A DNA stretch of 60,621 nucleotides from Paramecium tetraurelia (lineage: Eukaryota). Location of the stretch: assembly GCA_000165425.1 (NCBI GenBank), contig CT868319.1, forward strand, positions 434,001 through 494,621, written 5' to 3'. How positions within the stretch are numbered: the stretch's first letter is position 1; each line of letters starts with the position of its first letter. This document shows positions 52,978 through 60,621 of this stretch, in pieces. The notes below the pieces were generated by a model. The model was not told the origin of the DNA. It did not search any database and saw only the letters and a program-made list of their open reading frames with translations. The translations under genes were made by a program, and so were the position numbers.

Positions 52978-54225
52978 TAAAATTATAATTTTGTATTAGT
53001 ATAAAATATAGATTAAAATAATTATTCTCAATAAATTTAGTGCAACTTTACTATCCAGTTTACCCTGGAATTGAATATTCTAATAAACCATATTAGCAAC
53101 CATATATTGATTTTTTAAGGTTATTAATAATCCTTCCTACTATATTACGAAAGGCAACGCAGATACCTCTTAGTAGAAATCAGTGATTGCATGCAAATGT
53201 TTAATGAATTTTAGAAGGTAATACAATATATTCTACATGTATTTTTTTATTAAAATTAATTAAAGTTAAATTTTCTTTCAGTCGTTTCTATGTATGCTAT
53301 CTTAATTTACCCCAGAATATAAAAATTTTGCTCCTTTTTTCCTGCTCATTAATTTTCTTTTAAATAGTTTGTATTCTTTATGATTCCTCACCACTATATC
53401 TACCTGTAACTGAGAATCTAATTGAAAATATATATCTTCTTACATTACCTCTAAACTTTCTTATTGTATCTCAGGACAAAGTATATATTTATAGGGGAAA
53501 TTTCAGAATGACAAATTTGAATAATTTAATAAACCTAAGAATCAATGAATTATGATTCTTATTGGCTTTCTATCCCTTAAAAAAAGTGAAATAAATGTAA
53601 TGGACAAGTGTTAAGTATGTTTTAGCGATTTTAGTTTTAGAAATTTGCAACACCCAAAAAAATATATCATATTTATAACATTTTCATGAATGTAAAATCA
53701 ATAAATGGTAAGATTCATCATGAATATGATTATTCTTATAAAAAAAGAGAATAATATTAACTTCACCTTCTTTCGATTTTGATTCTAAATTTTTGTTATA
53801 TTAATGTTTACTAAAATATTGTTTTAGCTAAAATTGACAACAAAAAGAATTCAGTGGATTAATTGAATTGTGTCTGGATAATCACTCATTTTATAATATA
53901 CACAGATAGTAGCTATTATGCTGAATTTATAATTTAAGATTTAATTTGTTAGTAACCCTAAGTTAGTCAATAAGATTGAAAAGCAATGCCATGTAATTTT
54001 TCATAAATTCCACGTCTAACGCTGTGTACTAATAAATCGAGTGTGATTCTCATGCTCTGTATTATTCCACAAATTCAAACTTATCTATAGTGATTTTCGA
54101 AATTGCCTATTTTGAACAATTAAAATAAATCAAAAGCAGTTTCAACAGACTCCAACAATAAGGAATGGAATTTACTCAATAAATAAGATAGAAGGCATTC
54201 TTTTATTTTTATTATTAAAAATAAA

Positions 54226-54603
54226 ATGGGAAGTATTTGTAAATAATAAGCACAATAATAAATTGAAATTCAAAACGAAGTTAAGTTTTCTAAAGGCTCA
54301 GAGAAAAAAGACTTACTAAAAAGAAATACTGAAACTTCTGGAGGAACTTAATAATAAAACAGCACTAAATAATTTTCTGTTAAGAAAGATCCATTATCTA
54401 GTTATATGAATGAAAGTTTGAGTGACTCTGATTCTGATTCTTAATAAAGCAAACCAAATCAACAAGTTTTCACTAATTTCGTAACGTTTTAAGCTCTCCC
54501 TTCGCAAAAATAAATGATACCCAAATTTGAAGTGTTAAAGGATTAGTTTAAAAATGAAATGATTTAATAAATGAATATGTAGCACCAGAGAAAACAATTT
54601 TGA
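54226..54603 (+). CDS. Small hypothetical protein with N-terminal MGSIC
   Basis: Intronless 125-aa code-6 ORF. Confidence 0.65.
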
Positions 54604-54727
54604 ATGATTTATAATCATATCCTACTTAATATAATTCATATATTTATAATTTTATATTCATTTAGAAATAATTAAACCCTAATAATAACTAACAAATTTT
54701 TAGTTATGCAGAGATTTATCATCATCC

Positions 54728-57613
54728 TCATTAAAACTCAAGATACCCCTATCCATAAATTGGAACCGAGGATTAATTCAACTAAGAGATCCATTCAATT
54801 GTTTCTCGATCACTTTCTATATAATTGGCATTGACTTTCTTAGCAAAATTTTTGGCTTACTCATGATTTCTACTTGAATTTGCTATATTAAACAGAACCA
54901 AATTGATCTCTTCTCTTTCAGCTTGTATCTGAATCTTCTATAATAAATCTTGATCTATTTTTGTTGAAAACTCAGAAAATACACAAACAAAAGTTTGTAT
55001 TATTTCATTATATTATTATTTCTATTTTTAGAATTGTTTGGGAATCGCTATGGATTAATATGTTGATCTAGTTTCATTCTATAAGGATTATGTATTCAAT
55101 TTATAATTTAATAGCTCATTAAGACATTATATGACTTTACATTCACCACCTTTAAGAATTTAAAATCTCTCAAACTGCTTCAAAAGGAATTTCCTATACT
55201 ATTTTGATTCCGATGCTGCCAGCATTTCATATACAGAATTATTAAATAAATATAAACCTACTTCTCGTAAATGTATTAATTTTTACATTATATAAGAACA
55301 TATCGAATGTGATACTTAGATTTATTCTAAAGATACTTTTGATGAGTAATCAATCAAAAAGAAGATCTTAAACTATTTTGAATTTATGTCTAAATACAGT
55401 TTTTATAATACGTTCTGATTAAGACCCAACTATATAAAAATACTATGCAAAGTCTTGTACGCGAAAGAATTCAATTTATAAATGTTCTAACTATTCTTTT
55501 TGATAATCTTTATACATTTTTCACCAGCAATTTAATACTCTTAATTTTTCATTAATACAACAATTTTCAATTTTCTAATAGCATTTTATATAAATTCATT
55601 TGATGTCAATAAAACAATATCAAATCCATTTAATACTAATTTTGACTTTTCTGTGATTGCATATTATTAATATAGTATTTTGATTTGATACAACTCCAAT
55701 ATAGCCTTCTCCATCAAATTTAATTTTTGGAAACAGCTAAACTTCATTATAAGCAGTTAAATTTTAATTCCTACTATTGATTTGTTTTCGGAGAACCTCT
55801 TATTAGAAATCTCTTCAAATAATTCACTTAGTGAACGAACAGCTTCGTTAAGTAAACTGGGTGATTCTTTAATACAAAACTTATACAGCATCCTGCAAAA
55901 TGTGTATTTTCTAAATAATATGGTTAATTTATAAAATCTTTTTTCATCATCGTATAAATCCTGTTACAAAGCTAATTCTTGAAGTGAAATCATCTTATCC
56001 AATGAATTTTCACTTTTTAAATAATTAGTTAATGGCAATCTCTCAGTTATTTAGATTTATTAAATATTGCATTGCTTATATGGATTTTGTAGATTAATAG
56101 AATACAATCGATTTCTATTAATGTGTTCAGAATGTAATATATTTGTACTCCCAGCGAATTTATTAATCACAAAACGTCTTAATTTTTCCTTCAATTGATA
56201 TAGTAAAGTTTTCTGACTATTTAATAATTATTTCCTTATTTTTTCAATCTACTTTATACTAGAATATTCTTCGAATCCCAAAATTACAGATTTTGCTTAA
56301 AACTTAAGTGCTTCAATGAATCTCTTGTTTTTAAAATGGACTTATGCAATATTATTTGCACAAACACTTACTTACCAATTATTTTTATGATATTTATAGA
56401 CTTCACTAAGCTAAGACAAAGTCATTAAATAGAGTGACCCTTAATCTTGATCAGAATAGAAATGCTGCTTTTTTAGAAGCTAATAATAGTAGATATAAAT
56501 TTATAAGCTGTCATAAACTTTATTGATTTCTTTACAGTTTTGCAATTGCGACTTGGATGGCATTGAATCAAAATGATATTTCAATGGGTTCTGCAATTGC
56601 CTTGCCAATTTTTATAGAGGAATACAAAAGGAATTGCTAACCCTTATAGATATTGTCCAAACATACAAAAAAAAGGTCAAGCTGATTAAACTTTATGCTA
56701 TAATTAATGATACATTATGGTTTTCTTGATTTTAGGAAGAACCTGCAAATTATTTGAATTTTTCTACATCAAAAATCTTTATTGATAACACTTCTGATAT
56801 TTATGATTTCTCACATTTTACATGTTATTTCTATAGGGAATAAAACCACCCATATATGAAATACTTCTGTAGATAATGTTAAACTAAGGTGTCTTAGAGC
56901 AAACAATTATTCTCATCAAAATTTTATTAAATAAATAGTTACTCCACAAATTATCCATATTAACCCTCTAATTTATTCTTTTCAATTGGTAAAAATGAAT
57001 TTTAAGTGAATTAATAAAATTATTTATTTATCATAAAATAGTTGAATTGATTTTGTAATAATTCGTATTTAGCATATTTATATGCTTTATTGACTAAATT
57101 AGAAATAGTTTCGAAAACTTATATATTACAATCATTATTAGTATCATAGCTTATAATGAATCGAAAGTAATTCTGAAATAAATCAACAAAAACTTAATTT
57201 GTTGAATTCCAAGTTTCAAATTTGCTTTCTATTTGTTAAATTGAATATTCAAATGAATCCTTACATACAATTTTAAAGTTTTCTATTTAGCTCCTACTAA
57301 TTAAGGGATTTAGGAACACCTTAATTTGTTCCAAGTTTTGATTGAGTGATAATTACTAATTAGACATTATTAAACCTTATAGAATATATGCAGCGTTGAC
57401 TTTGATACCTAAATTTATGGTTTCTAGTTGATGGCGGAATTTGAGGGTAGTTTGAGTTGTTTCATTATAGAATGCAAATGATAAATGTTCAGCTTAATTA
57501 GAGAAATTTGTTATAAATATTACATTTAAAGTTATTATTTGTAGTAGAGCAACAAAACCCACAGGCACAAATAATATTAAGATGCTCAACTTAAGTTTTA
57601 CCTAAAAATTCAT
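54728..57613 (-). CDS. Receptor-like protein with TM, extracellular domain, TM, HAMP-like, TPR and possible degenerate vWA region
   Basis: TM1 LSILILFVPVGFVALL; TM2 IIAQSLISLTFFLYVWTISI; IPLQKLARQL..KEINKVYDSL (HAMP-like); VCANNIAQVHFKNKRFIEALKF (TPR). Confidence 0.75.
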
Positions 57614-57773
57614 AATAAAATTAAAGTAATTATGATTCTTAGAATAATTATTTACTACTTAAGTTTATAAGTTAATCGAAAGATTAATCTCAAATCGAGA
57701 GAGCAATATAAAATTAATTTCATATATTGGCTTTGTTTATAATATTAATATCATTAAATATTATAATTTCAGA

Positions 57774-58698
57774 ATGCCTCAATTACCGAATTTTGCTCCT
57801 GTTGTGGAACAATGGTGGAAGTATTTAGGATTTGGTTAGAGATTGATCCTCTTCTAAATGGCTATACTCAGACTTATTTCATATTTTTCCAATCATATAT
57901 TGAATATGCTTTATAACTAAACCCTATTAGTTTAGAATGGATAATATTGGAGATTGTTCACAGCTCCTTTATTTTCAAGTAATTATAGATTATTACATTA
58001 GCGAGCTTTTTGGAAATTATAGCTAGTTGGTTCTTTTTTTAGCTAATTGTAAATCCTTATGAAGCAACAGTGGGAAGCGCATATTTCATTTTTGATTTCT
58101 TTTTTAAGAGCTTTTTATTAGAATCTATAAACTTTCTGGTGAACATTGGGCTCTGTTAATATGATATTTAGTATCAATACACTTTGAGTTATGGTATCGA
58201 CGGATTAGCACTCTATTATTTATGCAGCTAGTAAGAAAATTGTCAAATTATAAAGATTTCTTGCCTCTCCTCATAGTTAAAGAGATTTTAACTTATTTTC
58301 GATACCTAACTATTATTTATTACTCACCATCCCTTTTGTGATGTTTTTATACACAGAAAAATTCATTTATATATTTGCATTATGGATCGCTATATTTGAA
58401 TGGTTTTTCTTTAATGGGATGCTCATACGTTTATCAGATGTAATATTGTATTAGATTTAAATAGAATTCTATTGAAAAACTATCATTCATATTTGGTACA
58501 TTAAGAAAGATTAATTGTTTTAAGTAGCCATCTCAAAGTTTACAAGAACCCAAGTTGTATTCAGCTTCTCCATAGGTTGAATTAGGTTCTTAATAATAAG
58601 CATCATAAGCATTTGGAGGCAGGGGAATAATGATAGGGGGATATGAGGAAGAAAAGGAACAAAGAGTTTAAGGTTAAAATAATTATTAATAAATATGA
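57774..58698 (+). CDS. Rhomboid-superfamily (derlin-like) membrane protein, probably catalytically inactive
   Basis: GQYWRLFTAPL (WR motif), several TM stretches, SYGIDG at the expected GxSG site, C-terminal AFGGRGIMIG (SHP-box-like). Confidence 0.7.
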
Positions 58699-59789
58699 AT
58701 AGCTGATTCATTTATTATTTTTTATATATTTCAACAGAATTTTCTTATGAAAACTAGGCAATTCAACTGAAATCTGCTTAATGTGTTCTAACATTTGTGA
58801 CTAACTAAGATAATAATGTGCATTATATATATACGAATAGATAAAAAAAATATGATAATGATCAATCACATTATAAATGTTAGAAATGTAAATTTACATG
58901 AATTAAAATTATGAAGTATCTCATTAAGTGAATCTTAAAAGTGCTTCAGGATATTAGTTCAATCAATTTTAAAACTGTAAATTTGAAATATTGTTTTAAT
59001 CTCAGATTTATAAATTTACATGATTAAATTAAGGATAAATATTGTTTAATAATCTATATAAGAGACTTGAGGTGAATTATAGCATTGTGTTTGTGACTCT
59101 CTATTGTCTCTGTAATTTTTGATTTTTTTTCATTAATTTGTATTAAAATATATAATACTAAAGAAAATAGTAAAATACTAGGATTTACTAAGATATCACA
59201 TATTAATAGGGATTAATGGGCAATCTTCAGAAAGTAATTTGGATATGAAATCAAAATATAACCTTCATTGGAAAATTAATTCATTTTATAACTCTTTAAA
59301 ATTGTAAGACTACACTAGGCCTGAGAAAAGATAGGGAAGATTTCTTTCACATTTTATAGTAAGAATCAATTCTAATCTTTAAAAATTATATTATTGCATT
59401 TAAATAACAAATTCAAAAAAATAATAATATGTAAAAAATTTGTGATACAAATTAAAACAAAGTGATTTTGCAGCCAAATTCAATTTCTATTTTCTTTTTT
59501 TGTAAATAAAATTATCAATTGAGTAGTTCTTTGTAGAATTGTACAATATAATTAATGTTAATAAGATAGAAGGTTAACTGTTAGTAAACACATAATAAAT
59601 ATAAATTAATTCTTGTTGCAATAGGTATTTTATTTAAATATAACATTTAATATTTAAAGAAATAAATTTCAAAGATTTTTTTAACCTTATGTATTTTGTA
59701 TTTTTTGTTTAAATTAAGAATATATATTTGTTTGATACTTATCTACATACTTAATCCATCTTATATTCAATTCCAAATTAATTATATTA

Positions 59790-60220
59790 ATGATTCGGGC
59801 TGTCTTTACAATAATTCTTTCTTTGAATTATATAATAAAAGTATCTGGAGTTATAGAAGTGTATATCGATCTTCATTTAAAGGAAATAGTTTTTCTGATG
59901 CCGATAGTACTTTTAATATTCTTTCAAATTTAGGTTGGATTTGTAAGTGGAGCCTCGCCATAATTCACGTGGTGTGATACAGGAAAATTATTTGGAGGAT
60001 ATAATTATTTTGGAACAAAGACAAGTGTTAGTAAGACCATTAAATGAATCTCTTTACCCTAAGGAACTCCATTTATTTTTAAGGCATTAACAGAAGGTTA
60101 TGCCATTCATGAAAAGATTTAACTAAAATCCAAAAATATTGACATTTAATTCCTTTAAAAGAATAGATTTATTGGACTAGATAATTAAATTAATGCAAGC
60201 GCGTTTGATAGAAATATGAA
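59790..60220 (+). pseudogene. Fragment of a secreted/surface-protein gene
   Basis: VYRSSFKGNSFSDAD and WCDTGKLFGGYNYFG lie in different frames and are followed by an in-frame TGA. Confidence 0.35.
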
Positions 60221-60261
60221 AGATGAAGTGTTAATAATAATAATGATGTAAAATTAATCTC

Positions 60262-60621
60262 TCATTTGCATGGTGTTTTTCTTTATTTTTTGATATGGTT
60301 CACATTCCGTTTCAATTAGTTATTTTATTCTTTTTGCAAACTTTAAGCAGATTGTCTCATCGATTTCTATACTTTGGTGTAGAATGGTTTGGTTATCTCT
60401 CCCACGTAGGTTTGTATTCTCTCTAATTTCCCTTGCCAGTTTCCTGGTTCTCCAAACAGGCGCTCCTCTATTAAATGTTTTGCCGTCATGTTCTTTCCAT
60501 GAGTTCTGCAAGTCCTCCATCCATGTTTGAAGGGTTCAAAAAACTTGTATCCTGGGATTCGTCTTATAACTTGGGTCTGAACTGACCTCTTAATCTCTTT
60601 TTCCTTCCCACCCTACTCGAC
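60262..60621 (-). CDS. 3' end of hypothetical protein (runs off the window end)
   Basis: Open code-6 frame ...WKEHDGKTFNRGAPVWRTRK...KTPCK-TGA. Confidence 0.5.

Noticed and set aside
53000..54200. Possible genes between 52977 and 54226
   Set aside because: Frames are broken on both strands and no motif was recognised.
60050..60055. Second AAA-TGA near an interrupted ORF as support for recoding
   Set aside because: The locus has another frame break and looks like a pseudogene fragment, so it is not independent evidence.
1..60621. Supplied six-frame ORFs as gene calls
   Set aside because: They treat TAA/TAG as stops and ignore introns. Many, such as 4892-5224, 23407-23673 and 36207-36389, are antisense shadows of real genes.

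Overview
AT-rich ciliate macronuclear-type DNA, most likely Paramecium. TAA/TAG read as Gln and TGA is the only stop; introns are tiny (about 22-35 nt, GT..AG) and many intergenic gaps are only 20-45 bp, so the standard-code ORF track is mostly fragments or antisense noise. I re-translated about 35 genes by eye with code 6. Recognisable products are a ZSWIM2-like E3 ligase, a BAH-PHD chromatin reader, two paralogous Cys-rich surface-antigen genes, an HMG-box protein, casein kinase 1, mago nashi (frameshifted as assembled), a Myb-like protein, a CBM20 protein, a GCK-III-like pseudokinase, an ANP32-like LRR protein, mitochondrial bL12, three hybrid histidine kinases, an EGF-TM-RING protein, Rab8, a TM-HAMP-TPR receptor-like protein and a rhomboid/derlin-like protein. 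Non-coding structure includes two tandem box C/D snoRNAs with identifiable rRNA targets, a perfect 28-bp palindrome between divergent genes, a 217-bp inverted repeat, and a gap-flanked duplication that is probably an assembly or allelic artefact. Coordinates come from manual reading and starts may be off by a codon or exon. No database searches were run.
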